39,549 nucleotides of DNA from a virus (taxonomy: Duplodnaviria > Caudoviricetes), in IMG/VR virus record IMGVR_UViG_3300011437_000015, positions 1-39,549 of that record; one strand, given 5' to 3'. Under the pieces are notes generated by a model. That model saw only the letters and a program-made list of their open reading frames with translations, was not told the DNA's origin and made no database searches. Position 1 is the stretch's first letter. Each line of letters starts with the position of its first letter. Of this stretch, positions 1 through 7,048 are shown one piece after another. A program made the translations under genes and the position numbers.

Positions 1-12
1 GTCCGAACTACC
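1..12. repeat. cosN cohesive-end sequence, left copy (GTCCGAACTACC)
   Basis: Identical to 39537..39548. On circularisation the minus strand reads GGGCG|GGTAGTTCGGAC|CGCG, comparable to lambda TTACG|GGGCGGCGACCT|CGCG, and lies just upstream of terS. Confidence 0.85.
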
Positions 13-33
13 CGCCCTTAACGGAGTGCCGGA

Positions 34-40
34 AGGACCC
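34..40 (-). promoter_or_regulatory. cosQ-like packaging termination site (GGGTCCT)
   Basis: Minus strand reads CGGGTCCTTCCGG. The heptamer is identical to lambda cosQ and lies 21 nt before the 12-mer. Confidence 0.75.
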
Positions 41-44
41 GTAG

Positions 45-57
45 AATCAATGACTTA
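45..57 (+). promoter_or_regulatory. IHF binding site consensus
   Basis: AATCAATGACTTA matches WATCAANNNNTTR exactly and is adjacent to cos. Confidence 0.6.
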
Positions 58-77
58 CGCATGGTGCGAGGCGTTGA

Positions 78-857
78 TCATCGAGACTGGGCTGCGTTGC
101 GCGCTTGCAATCTGCCGAGGCTGGCCTCGTAGGCTATGTCGTATTGACGCTGCAGTTCGCGGTCTGCGACGCGCTGTGCGATGGTGAAGAGCGGCAGCTT
201 GCGCTGGTAGTGCGGCTTGCCCATCACGATCTTTAACACCATGCGTGTCTGCCACTGGGCGCCTACACGCTTGCGCGCGTAGATGCCTCGAGGTAGACCA
301 CTGCCTGGCCGTGGTACGAAGTACGTGCCTGCCTTCGAGACTGCGCGCCTGGATCTGACGCTTGCCGTCTTGTTGGCTGTGTATCCCGCCGATGTCTCTG
401 CTGCCTTCAGTTGGGACAGGATCTGCCTGATCACACCCACTGGCACATTGCCATAGGCGTCTAGCGCTGATCCCTCTGCGGGTACGGTGAACTCATTGCT
501 GCGCAGCACGCCTGCCCGCAGCAGTGCAGTCTCATACGCCTTGCGGTCACGCCTGCCACCTAACACCTGCGGGTACATATACGCCGCTGGGTTGGATGCG
601 GCCTCTCCCTTGCGATCCTTGAGCCAGACGTGTGCTACCAGTTTGTCTTTGGTCGCAGGCACCAGGCGCGTCGAGTTGAGCGCCCAGCGTGTGGGCCGAT
701 CAAATGCGGTGCGGATCTCATTGATCACCTCTTTCTGCGCGATCTGCGCCGTCTTGGTCAGGGCGATGGCAATGGTGGTGCTGTGCCTGCGCTCGGAGAA
801 TCCGTCGAGCAACGCCTTGAACGGCTTGAAATCAGCCCTGACGCTGATGGTCATCAT
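78..857 (-). CDS. Conserved phage protein, probably tail-completion (gpZ/HK97-gp10-like)
   Basis: 259 aa basic protein with an N-terminal 'AIALTKTAQIAQKEVINEIRTAFDRPT' helix. First late gene before cos; no Z-like gene in the neck cluster. Confidence 0.55.
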   Translation of the reverse strand: MMTISVRADFKPFKALLDGFSERRHSTTIAIALTKTAQIAQKEVINEIRTAFDRPTRWALNSTRLVPATKDKLVAHVWLKDRKGEAASNPAAYMYPQVLGGRRDRKAYETALLRAGVLRSNEFTVPAEGSALDAYGNVPVGVIRQILSQLKAAETSAGYTANKTASVRSRRAVSKAGTYFVPRPGSGLPRGIYARKRVGAQWQTRMVLKIVMGKPHYQRKLPLFTIAQRVADRELQRQYDIAYEASLGRLQARNAAQSR

Positions 858-861
858 CGGG

Positions 862-894
862 AAGAAGAGCCGCCACAGGGGAGGTTATGGCGGC
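862..894 (-). terminator. tR'-like terminator downstream of the putative late promoter
   Basis: Minus-strand hairpin GCCGCCA-N12-TGGCGGC followed by TCTTCTT, between the Q-like gene and the first late gene. Confidence 0.5.
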
Positions 895-948
895 CAAGAC
901 CAAGGAGAGGAGACGCCTTGTCAGGGTGTAGCTCTGCCAAGGCTGCCG

Positions 949-977
949 CATTTAAGCAGCTTTCTCGTAACCGTCTA
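949..977 (-). promoter_or_regulatory. Putative pR'-like late promoter
   Basis: TAGACG-17bp-TAAATG on the minus strand at the end of the Q-like gene, in the lambda pR' position. Confidence 0.35.
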
Positions 978-1350
978 AATTGTTTTTGCGCATGGCGGCC
1001 AAGTGGTGGGCGTCCCACATGCCTTCGATCAACGCGTAGGCGGTTTCCAGGTGCAGGTCGAGCGTGTGCACGCTGATGCGCAGCTTGGCTGCATAGCCTT
1101 CGCGGCTGTTGCCGATGCGGTCGAGATAGAACATGCGCACGCTGCGCAGGATGTGCTTGGGCAGCTGGCAGACAAAACCGTCGGTGATCAGCGCCTCGAG
1201 GTCGCTAGCGGCTAGACCGTCACCGACCAGCCTGGCGTTATCCACACGCTCCATGTAGTACGCGCAGGTCGACCAGCCGCCGGAGAATTGCCAAGCCTGC
1301 CAGCGTTCAAGCTTTTCCTGACCAGGCCGCACGCGCTTTGATGTTGCCAC
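952..1350 (-). CDS. Antiterminator Q-like late regulator (HTH)
   Basis: Likely GTG start at 1350 behind AGGGGA. 'KLERWQAW' N-terminus and C-terminal HTH 'YAAKLRISVHTLDLHLETA'; located directly before the late operon. Confidence 0.65.
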   Translation of the reverse strand: MATSKRVRPGQEKLERWQAWQFSGGWSTCAYYMERVDNARLVGDGLAASDLEALITDGFVCQLPKHILRSVRMFYLDRIGNSREGYAAKLRISVHTLDLHLETAYALIEGMWDAHHLAAMRKNNLDGYEKAA

Positions 1351-1538
1351 CGTTTCCCCTACCCTTGAACCAGGTTTTAAACCCTCATCGCCCTGAGCCT
1401 GAGCATGCCCCGTCCTAACCGGCCGCAAGTGCAGTCGGTTCGCTTCAGCATCGCCCGTCGCCGTCGATAGCCTCCTGCCAGACTTGTGCACGCGCAGGGT
1501 CTAGCTTTCGCCCTCCTGCTGGCCTGTTGCAGCGTGTC

Positions 1539-1808
1539 TCACCCGTTCTCCGGTGGGCCGTCACCGCCATGCGCGCCGTCGTTTGCATCCCCCGCGCCGG
1601 CTGACTTTGCGTTTACGTCATGGGCGCGCTCGTGTTCGCTTGCGTGCGCCTTGGCGGCCGTGCTGGTGTCGAAGCATTGATGCACCAGGCGCCCGTCGAG
1701 CCAGAGGAGATAGCCGGGCTGGCCGTTGCTGAGCAGCTTGGCGACGTGGTGCCGGCCGTTGGTGATTGCATAGGGGCTGAGTCGGTGCCAGGGCTCTAGA
1801 TCGCCCAC
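1539..1808 (-). CDS. Hypothetical protein
   Basis: 89 aa ORF overlapping the end of the upstream gene in the same operon. Confidence 0.6.
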   Translation of the reverse strand: MGDLEPWHRLSPYAITNGRHHVAKLLSNGQPGYLLWLDGRLVHQCFDTSTAAKAHASEHERAHDVNAKSAGAGDANDGAHGGDGPPENG

Positions 1809-2308
1809 GGCGACGGCTCGCGCCAGGTTCGGTTCTGGGCGATGTAGCTGATGTTCTGCGGTGTGCAGTTGTAATCGGCTGCAATGGCGGCGTACTTGTC
1901 ACCCAGCGCGATGCGGGCGCGGATCTGGCGGGCGGCCACCAGCGTGAGCTTGGTGTCAGCCCGCCGCCGCTGGGCCGCGGTCACGCGCACGAGGATGTCG
2001 GCGCGGCGCGGCCTGCCTCCCACGGCCTTGTGCATGTACTGCGAGCGCGTCACGGCGCGCATGTGGGCCGGGTTGAGGCACGAGACGCAGCCACAGATCA
2101 ACGAGACAAACCGGTCGGCCGGTATTTCGCCAATGGCCGCCACGTATAGCGGCCGCCGCACGCCGAAGCGCACGCCGGTGCCGTAGGCGATCGGGTAGCC
2201 CTTGTCGTTGTGGCTACGCTGGTACAGCCAACAGCCGCTGTCTTCGTCGATGAAACAGCAGAGCCGCACCCATTCGACGAACTCGGCAGGCGACAGGCCG
2301 TCGATCAT
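1796..2308 (-). CDS. Degenerate HNH-fold protein with C-terminal HTH
   Basis: 'CWLY..GYP...GEIP...CGCVSCLNPAHM' resembles HNH_3 but lacks catalytic His/Asn; C-terminal 'YAAIAADYNCTPQNISYIAQNRTW' HTH. Confidence 0.7.
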   Translation of the reverse strand: MIDGLSPAEFVEWVRLCCFIDEDSGCWLYQRSHNDKGYPIAYGTGVRFGVRRPLYVAAIGEIPADRFVSLICGCVSCLNPAHMRAVTRSQYMHKAVGGRPRRADILVRVTAAQRRRADTKLTLVAARQIRARIALGDKYAAIAADYNCTPQNISYIAQNRTWREPSPWAI

Positions 2309-2745
2309 GCAACGCTCCGGCGCTTGACCAGGCCGAGCGTGGCGCCGTGCTCGGCGCAGTAATAGTGGCCGCGCTCGTTCACGTAATAGGCGCGCGCCTC
2401 GCAGCGCGGCCCAGCGGGATCACGCAGGCCGTTCTTGTTCCATTCGCACTGGCCGTAATCCACCAGCGGCACGGCCTCGCCCTCGATCTCGTCTTCCCAG
2501 CGGCGCCCGTTGAGGAAGGAGGCCGGGTGCAGGATGAACTGCTTGCTGCTGCGCGTGATGCGCCAGCTATCGACGAACAACGGCAGGCGGCGCAGCACTT
2601 CAGCACGCTCCTGCGCATCGAGCCGGGCCCAGGCGCGCTGTGCGTCCATCTTGGCCACGCGCCGCGGGTAGAGTTGCCAAAAGGCGTCGAAGTTGTTGGC
2701 CGAAAGCTGCGGCCACGGGAATAGTGAAACGACTTTCGAACTCAT
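2305..2745 (-). CDS. Replication-associated protein (stand-alone C-terminal replisome-organiser-type domain plus Zn finger)
   Basis: 'FDAFWQLYPRRVAK..A.RAW...HPASFLNGRRWEDE' motif typical of phage replication protein C-termini; Cys/His-rich tail (C..C..CAEH). Confidence 0.65.
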   Translation of the reverse strand: MSSKVVSLFPWPQLSANNFDAFWQLYPRRVAKMDAQRAWARLDAQERAEVLRRLPLFVDSWRITRSSKQFILHPASFLNGRRWEDEIEGEAVPLVDYGQCEWNKNGLRDPAGPRCEARAYYVNERGHYYCAEHGATLGLVKRRSVA

Positions 2746-2751
2746 GCGCCG

Positions 2752-3036
2752 TTACACCGTGCGCCAGATCGTGCGCAGCTCGTCATTGCAGGCGCTGGGC
2801 TGTGCTTCAGCAGAAGACTGCACCAGCCGCGCCGGACGCCCGCCGGTGTTGCGTATCAATTCACCATAGTGAACGTGGCCGCCCTGCACCAGCCGCCGCA
2901 CTGTTTGTTCGGCGTCGCTGTAGGACAGCTGCAGGCTGGCCGCGAGTGCCGACACCGTGGTCGGCCCACTGCTTACCGTCCGCAATACCGCGAACGCCTT
3001 GACGCCCAGCGGGCGCCCCCGCTTGATGCTCGTCAT
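2752..3036 (-). CDS. Winged-helix DNA-binding protein
   Basis: 'TVSALAASLQLSYSDAEQTVRRLVQGGHV...GGRPARL' wHTH pattern. Confidence 0.65.
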   Translation of the reverse strand: MTSIKRGRPLGVKAFAVLRTVSSGPTTVSALAASLQLSYSDAEQTVRRLVQGGHVHYGELIRNTGGRPARLVQSSAEAQPSACNDELRTIWRTV

Positions 3037-3356
3037 AGTCCCGCCGCCTTGAGATCGTCAACCACATCCTTGACCACCGCACCCACCGTGTAGACCCCCA
3101 CGATCGGGTGATCCTTGCTCAGCAATTCGTACAGGCGCTCGGCGCAGCTCACCAGTGCCGGTCGGCCGTGCTCTTCGATCACCGCGATGCGCGCGCCGGG
3201 AGTGATCAGGCGCCGTACCACCAGGTTGGCGAAGTCGTGCCGCATGGCTTCGGGTGACGGCGGGCGGCGGCGCAGTGGAACTGGATGCACCGGCCGGCAT
3301 TCCTCGCCCGGTTGGTCTGCGTGCGCCGCTGGGATGCGCTGCCAGCGGGCGGTCAT
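3033..3356 (-). CDS. Hypothetical protein
   Basis: 107 aa ORF coupled to both neighbours by ATGA overlaps. Confidence 0.65.
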   Translation of the reverse strand: MTARWQRIPAAHADQPGEECRPVHPVPLRRRPPSPEAMRHDFANLVVRRLITPGARIAVIEEHGRPALVSCAERLYELLSKDHPIVGVYTVGAVVKDVVDDLKAAGL

Positions 3357-3598
3357 GGTGCGCGGTTTCCGCTGTGCTTCCGCTCAAGTTCCGCAACGTT
3401 TCCATTGCCGCGCGCCACCCGCTGGACCAAAGTGGAGCGATGCAACTCGCGTTCAACCCACTCGGCCACGATCTCACGCATGACGCTGGTGCGGCTGGCG
3501 CCAGGTATCGCCTGGGCAACGGCATCCATTACTGCAACGTGTTCGGCGAGCACGTCGCCACGCAGTTCAACGTAGGGATCACTCATCCGCGGGGCCAT
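3353..3598 (-). CDS. CII-position regulator (ribbon-helix-helix-like)
   Basis: Directly after cro. 'VELRGDV..EHVAVMDAVAQA...SRTSVMREIV' beta-alpha-alpha pattern; start trimmed to the ATG at 3598. Confidence 0.55.
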   Translation of the reverse strand: MAPRMSDPYVELRGDVLAEHVAVMDAVAQAIPGASRTSVMREIVAEWVERELHRSTLVQRVARGNGNVAELERKHSGNRAP

Positions 3599-3624
3599 GT
3601 TGTTGTCTGTTGGACGTGCATGAG

Positions 3625-3828
3625 TCACGTGTCGCATGCAGATGGCGGGTTGATTCGAGCCGCAACGCGCCGGTACAAGGTGGGGTTGCGGTCGCGCAGG
3701 CGGTATTCCTGCAGCTCGGGGATGAACTCGCCCCACTGGCTCACCGCGCTGCGCGTGATGCCCAGCACCTGCGCCACCGCGACGTGTGTGCCCAGTATTT
3801 CGATTAAATCCGCTTTGCGAATGCTCAT
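3625..3828 (-). CDS. cro: Cro-like repressor
   Basis: 67 aa HTH 'VAVAQVLGITRSAVSQWGEFIPE', divergent from cI. Confidence 0.85.
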   Translation of the reverse strand: MSIRKADLIEILGTHVAVAQVLGITRSAVSQWGEFIPELQEYRLRDRNPTLYRRVAARINPPSACDT

Positions 3829-3838
3829 AGCGGATAGA

Positions 3839-3878
3839 AGGTTAACATGCTAACCGCAGAAAACGCAAGCATCCTCAC
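3839..3878. promoter_or_regulatory. OR operators and leftward pR promoter
   Basis: Near-palindrome GTTAACATGCTAAC (3841-3854) and related GCAAGCATCCTCAC (3865-3878) at 24-bp spacing; minus-strand TTGCGT-18-TAACCT overlaps them. Confidence 0.65.
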
Positions 3879-3906
3879 CGCAGATTTACGGACAATCCCG
3901 CCCACC

Positions 3907-4332
3907 ATGGGCGGGAACCTGAGTAAGCGATTGGCAGAGCTGCGGGAGCGGCAGGGAATGTCGCAAGCACACGTTGCGAAATTGATCGGCGTCACACGTT
4001 CGACGATCAGTCAGCTCGAAAGCGGCATGACCAAGGGACCCAAGCCGCAGCATCTGCTAGCCTTGGCGAAGGTCTTCAACACGACCGTCGACTATATCGT
4101 CCACGGCACGATGGCTACGCCGCGCGCCGCGGAAAACGGCACGACCATGCGAGAACCGGAAGCGGAGCCTTACATGGTGCCGCTTGTTTCGGATGAGGTT
4201 GAGCTGTTGAACTTTATTCGCATGAGAGGCACCGCCCCAGAGCAGCGTGCCGCCTTGGCACGCAAGGTGCTCGCAATCCTGCGCGCCATGCACGACTCAC
4301 CGGGCGATGACGCGCGCCCCGCCAGGCATTGA
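3907..4332 (+). CDS. cI: CI-like repressor (XRE/HTH_3, no S24 peptidase domain)
   Basis: 'RLAELRERQGMSQAHVAKLIGVTRSTISQLESG' HTH. The start at 3907 is preferred over 3847, which lies inside the operator. Confidence 0.85.
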   Translation: MGGNLSKRLAELRERQGMSQAHVAKLIGVTRSTISQLESGMTKGPKPQHLLALAKVFNTTVDYIVHGTMATPRAAENGTTMREPEAEPYMVPLVSDEVELLNFIRMRGTAPEQRAALARKVLAILRAMHDSPGDDARPARH

Positions 4333-4334
4333 CA

Positions 4335-4514
4335 ATGATCAAGTTTTTCTGGGTTATTACTTTGCTCTGCGCCATCCTCGCCGGCCTCGTGCTTGGCTTC
4401 ACCGTCCTCGCAGCTGCCGGCGCCCCACAGCAAGCCGCTGGTGCGGCGATCGCGCTGGGGTTGGCCGTTATTCCCTACATCGCAACGCGCGCCATTCAGG
4501 AACTAGAGAAGTAG
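4335..4514 (+). CDS. Small two-TM membrane protein co-transcribed with cI
   Basis: Two hydrophobic segments; lies between cI and the terminator. Confidence 0.7.
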   Translation: MIKFFWVITLLCAILAGLVLGFTVLAAAGAPQQAAGAAIALGLAVIPYIATRAIQELEK

Positions 4515-4529
4515 CGTTTTCACGTCACC

Positions 4530-4552
4530 GCGCCCTGACGGGCGCTTTTTTT
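4530..4552 (+). terminator. Rho-independent terminator of the cI operon
   Basis: GCGCCC-TGAC-GGGCGC followed by T7. Confidence 0.85.
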
Positions 4553-4573
4553 CGCCTTGTTGCGTCAGTATGC

Positions 4574-4608
4574 TTGACAGCCGTTTCGGGTGCGGTTAGA
4601 GTGCTAAC
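4574..4608 (+). promoter_or_regulatory. pL-like early promoter with OL operator
   Basis: TTGACA(4574)-17bp-TAGAGT(4597). The palindrome GTTAGAGTGCTAAC (4595-4608) overlaps the -10 and matches the OR site. Confidence 0.8.
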
Positions 4609-4627
4609 CGTCAACCGAAGGAGGCCC

Positions 4628-4744
4628 ATGAACTACCAAGAGCAACGCGCCAGCGACCTCGCCTACACGCGGCTGATCGCGGCTGAACTGCGCCTGCGCT
4701 TCTTCCTTGCGCGCCTGCGCTTCGCAACGGGGCAGCGGTCATGA
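4628..4744 (+). CDS. Small early protein (38 aa)
   Basis: Strong RBS AAGGAGG before ATG 4628; ATGA overlap with the next gene. Confidence 0.65.
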   Translation: MNYQEQRASDLAYTRLIAAELRLRFFLARLRFATGQRS

Positions 4745-5031
4745 CGAAACCCGATGACCGCTATGGATTGAACAGCCAGCTCGAGCGCGTCGTCAAGGCG
4801 GCGCGCGAGTGCAACGGCGCCGACTTCCTGCGCGATGCCGATGACCTGATCCCGGCCCGGCCCAATGTGTGGCTGGTGTTCGCGTGGCTCGCCATCGTCG
4901 CCGCACTGGTCATGCTGCTGGGCGGCTGCGGCGGCGGCATCGACACGATGGATGAATTCATGGGGCCGCCCGCGCCGTGCCCGGTCGACGTCACCGCATG
5001 CCATCCACAACCCACACCAGGTGCCAAATGA
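4741..5031 (+). CDS. Hypothetical membrane protein
   Basis: Hydrophobic segment ending in LLGGC; ATGA-coupled. Confidence 0.6.
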   Translation: MTKPDDRYGLNSQLERVVKAARECNGADFLRDADDLIPARPNVWLVFAWLAIVAALVMLLGGCGGGIDTMDEFMGPPAPCPVDVTACHPQPTPGAK

Positions 5032-5210
5032 CCGAAGACACCCACACCGCCGAACGCCAGGCCTGGCTGCGCGAACAGCAAGGCCATGGCCGCCGCATCG
5101 ACCCACCGCGCGAGGTGCACATCCTGCACCGCAAGCGTTACGTCAACGCCGCGAACACCGACATCCGCAAGACCTTCGCGCGGGCGCGCAAGGCGCTGGA
5201 AACCGCGTGA
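5028..5210 (+). CDS. Hypothetical protein
   Basis: MTEDTHTAERQAWL...; ATGA/GTGA coupled. Confidence 0.6.
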   Translation: MTEDTHTAERQAWLREQQGHGRRIDPPREVHILHRKRYVNAANTDIRKTFARARKALETA

Positions 5211-5401
5211 ACGTCGACACACCACTGGCCCACCGCCTGCTGCTGACCAGCGACCTCATGCTGTACCTGCAGTGCTATGCCGATGAGGCCACGCGCGCCG
5301 AACCGTCGCGCGCCATGCTCGAGGCGAATGCCAGCCGCATCCTGAAGCGCGCCGCGGAGTTGTATGCGCGCACGCTGCCGAGCGCTGAAGCCGTGCCATG
5401 A
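5207..5401 (+). CDS. Hypothetical protein
   Basis: GTG start overlapping the previous stop codon (VNVDTPLAHRLLL...). Confidence 0.5.
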   Translation: MNVDTPLAHRLLLTSDLMLYLQCYADEATRAEPSRAMLEANASRILKRAAELYARTLPSAEAVP

Positions 5402-5667
5402 CCGACCCGCAAGCCAAAGCCGTATCCGATGAATGGGACAAGAGGCCGAGAGCCATGAGGAGAGAAGGCATGAGTTACGTTTACATTCAAAGCGAACCGA
5501 GACTATGGACGGTCGGCTTCTACGATCCGGCTGGAAATTGGCACGCTGAAAGTGACCACGGAGATACAGGCTCTGCATCGGAGCGCGTGCACTATCTGAA
5601 TGGGGGTGGCGTCAATTCGTCGCTTGATGAGGCCCTGAATTCTGGCGATGGAACGTATCGGCCATGA
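5398..5667 (+). CDS. Conserved phage hypothetical protein
   Basis: 'YVYIQSEPRLWTVGFYDPAGNWHAESDH' motif; alternative start at about 5470. Confidence 0.65.
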   Translation: MTDPQAKAVSDEWDKRPRAMRREGMSYVYIQSEPRLWTVGFYDPAGNWHAESDHGDTGSASERVHYLNGGGVNSSLDEALNSGDGTYRP

Positions 5668-5740
5668 CCACCGCAGACCGTATCGCACGGATAAAGGAAC
5701 TGGCGGTCGCGTTTCTGGCGACTGAATGTAAGGGCAAGCC

Positions 5741-5998
5741 ATGAAGGCGTGGCACGTTGACGATGGCGATTGCGAAGCTAATCTACTGATCTTCGCTGCC
5801 AGTCGCAACCGAGCGCGCTACATCGCGTTGACTCATGGCCTTTGGGAGTTCGACAGCTACCACCTGATACGAGCCCGCCGCGCAAAGAAGTGGGATGGAC
5901 TATTTGAAGCCGAGAAGGTGATTGACACGAACGAGGATTTGCCGGCAGGGGCCGAGCCGTTCTATGCCGATGATGGCGAGTGGGGGAATGATGACTGA
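5741..5998 (+). CDS. Hypothetical protein
   Basis: 85 aa, 'MKAWHV...IFAASRNRARYIA'; lower GC than the genome average. Confidence 0.65.
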   Translation: MKAWHVDDGDCEANLLIFAASRNRARYIALTHGLWEFDSYHLIRARRAKKWDGLFEAEKVIDTNEDLPAGAEPFYADDGEWGNDD

Positions 5999-6431
5999 GC
6001 GCGAACAGTTCGAGGCGTTACCGCGCGACCTAAAGCTATTCGTTGTGCTAATGCTTGGCATTGATAACCACGACGAGGCCAAGGCATTGCTTGTGCAAAT
6101 CATCCAAGCCGCCCGAGCAGCGCCAGCACGCGATCAGGAAGCGTTGATGGCGTTGAACATTGCGCGGTATATGCAAGAGCGTTTCTACCCGGAAGCAAAA
6201 GACTTTGAGCCACTTAATGATCTGATGGGATTGCTGACGCAGATCAGCAACATGGCCACAGGATTAGCCCGAGCAGCGCCAGCGCAGCCAGCAGGGGAGC
6301 GTTTTCTAGTTAAACGCAGATCGGAGCGGGAAAAGTGGGAGCGGTCGATGCACGACTCGCCTGACACTCTTAGCGCATGGGACCGCCAAGAAAATGAATA
6401 CGCATGGGCCACGATTGAGAGGGAGCCATGA
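5988..6431 (+). CDS. Mosaic hypothetical protein (MTEREQF... with ARAAPA linkers)
   Basis: Start after GGGGGA; contains two copies of the linker repeat. Confidence 0.65.
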   Translation: MMTEREQFEALPRDLKLFVVLMLGIDNHDEAKALLVQIIQAARAAPARDQEALMALNIARYMQERFYPEAKDFEPLNDLMGLLTQISNMATGLARAAPAQPAGERFLVKRRSEREKWERSMHDSPDTLSAWDRQENEYAWATIEREP

Positions 6432-6861
6432 CTGAACGCGAACAGTTCTCGTATCTCTGTAAAAATTGTGGTGAGCCCCACGTGGCACATACGCCCGCTG
6501 GCAGTTGCACGGCATCGTCAGAACAGCTATCTAAGTGGCAAGCCGCCCGAGCAGCGCCAGCGCAGGACGTAAAGATCCAAAGGATCGCACAGAGAAATTC
6601 AAACTTGAACAAACGTCCAACCTATCAAAAGCCAGCAGCACCGCCGGCGCCGCCCGGATCGCCATTTAGAGCAGCGCCAGCGCAGCCAGCAGGCAAGACC
6701 GCACTGGAACGCTTCAACGAGTTAAAGGTGGCACAAGATGAGTCCGATCCAGTCGAGCAGCTACGCGCCTTCTGTTCGCTCGCAATGACAGGGCAGGACT
6801 GGCTGGACGTGGAGCCGTTCTTTGATGCCGTGTTAGCCGCCCGAGCAGCGCAAGCGCAGCC
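6105..6861 (+). repeat. Five dispersed direct repeats with core GAGCAGCGC(C/A)AGC, encoding A-R-A-A-P-A-Q
   Basis: Copies at about 6105-6127, 6267-6295, 6539-6565, 6669-6693 and 6835-6861, conserved at the DNA level. Confidence 0.85.
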
Positions 6862-7048
6862 GAGTAATGAATGGCTGAGCGAAGCACTCCGATGGCAAGC
6901 TGCCACAGCAGAGGCAGCGCATCTTCTAACAGATCGCGGCGGTGGGTATATTTTTATCGCACCAGACGGGACGACGATAGAGAGTAGTGACGCGCAGGAC
7001 TTTGTGGCGCGCGTGCGGGCAGCGCTGAAGAATGCTGACCATAGCTGA
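6428..7048 (+). CDS. Mosaic hypothetical protein (MTEREQF..., CxxC, three linkers)
   Basis: Same 5' end as the previous gene (ATGACTGARCGCGAACAGTTC); three linker repeats. Confidence 0.7.
   Translation: MTEREQFSYLCKNCGEPHVAHTPAGSCTASSEQLSKWQAARAAPAQDVKIQRIAQRNSNLNKRPTYQKPAAPPAPPGSPFRAAPAQPAGKTALERFNELKVAQDESDPVEQLRAFCSLAMTGQDWLDVEPFFDAVLAARAAQAQPSNEWLSEALRWQAATAEAAHLLTDRGGGYIFIAPDGTTIESSDAQDFVARVRAALKNADHS

Noticed and set aside
4565-4580. LexA box at pL
   Set aside because: TCAGTATGCTTGACAG does not match CTGT-N8-ACAG; it is more likely a degenerate CI operator
5664-5744. 26-aa micro-ORF (MTTADRIARIKELAV...)
   Set aside because: ATGA-coupled on both sides and possibly real, but too short to support without homology or expression data
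6105-6861. CRISPR-like array or DGR template/variable repeats
   Set aside because: Spacing is irregular (about 130-270 bp), the repeats are in-frame coding and not palindromic, and there is no cas or reverse transcriptase gene in the window
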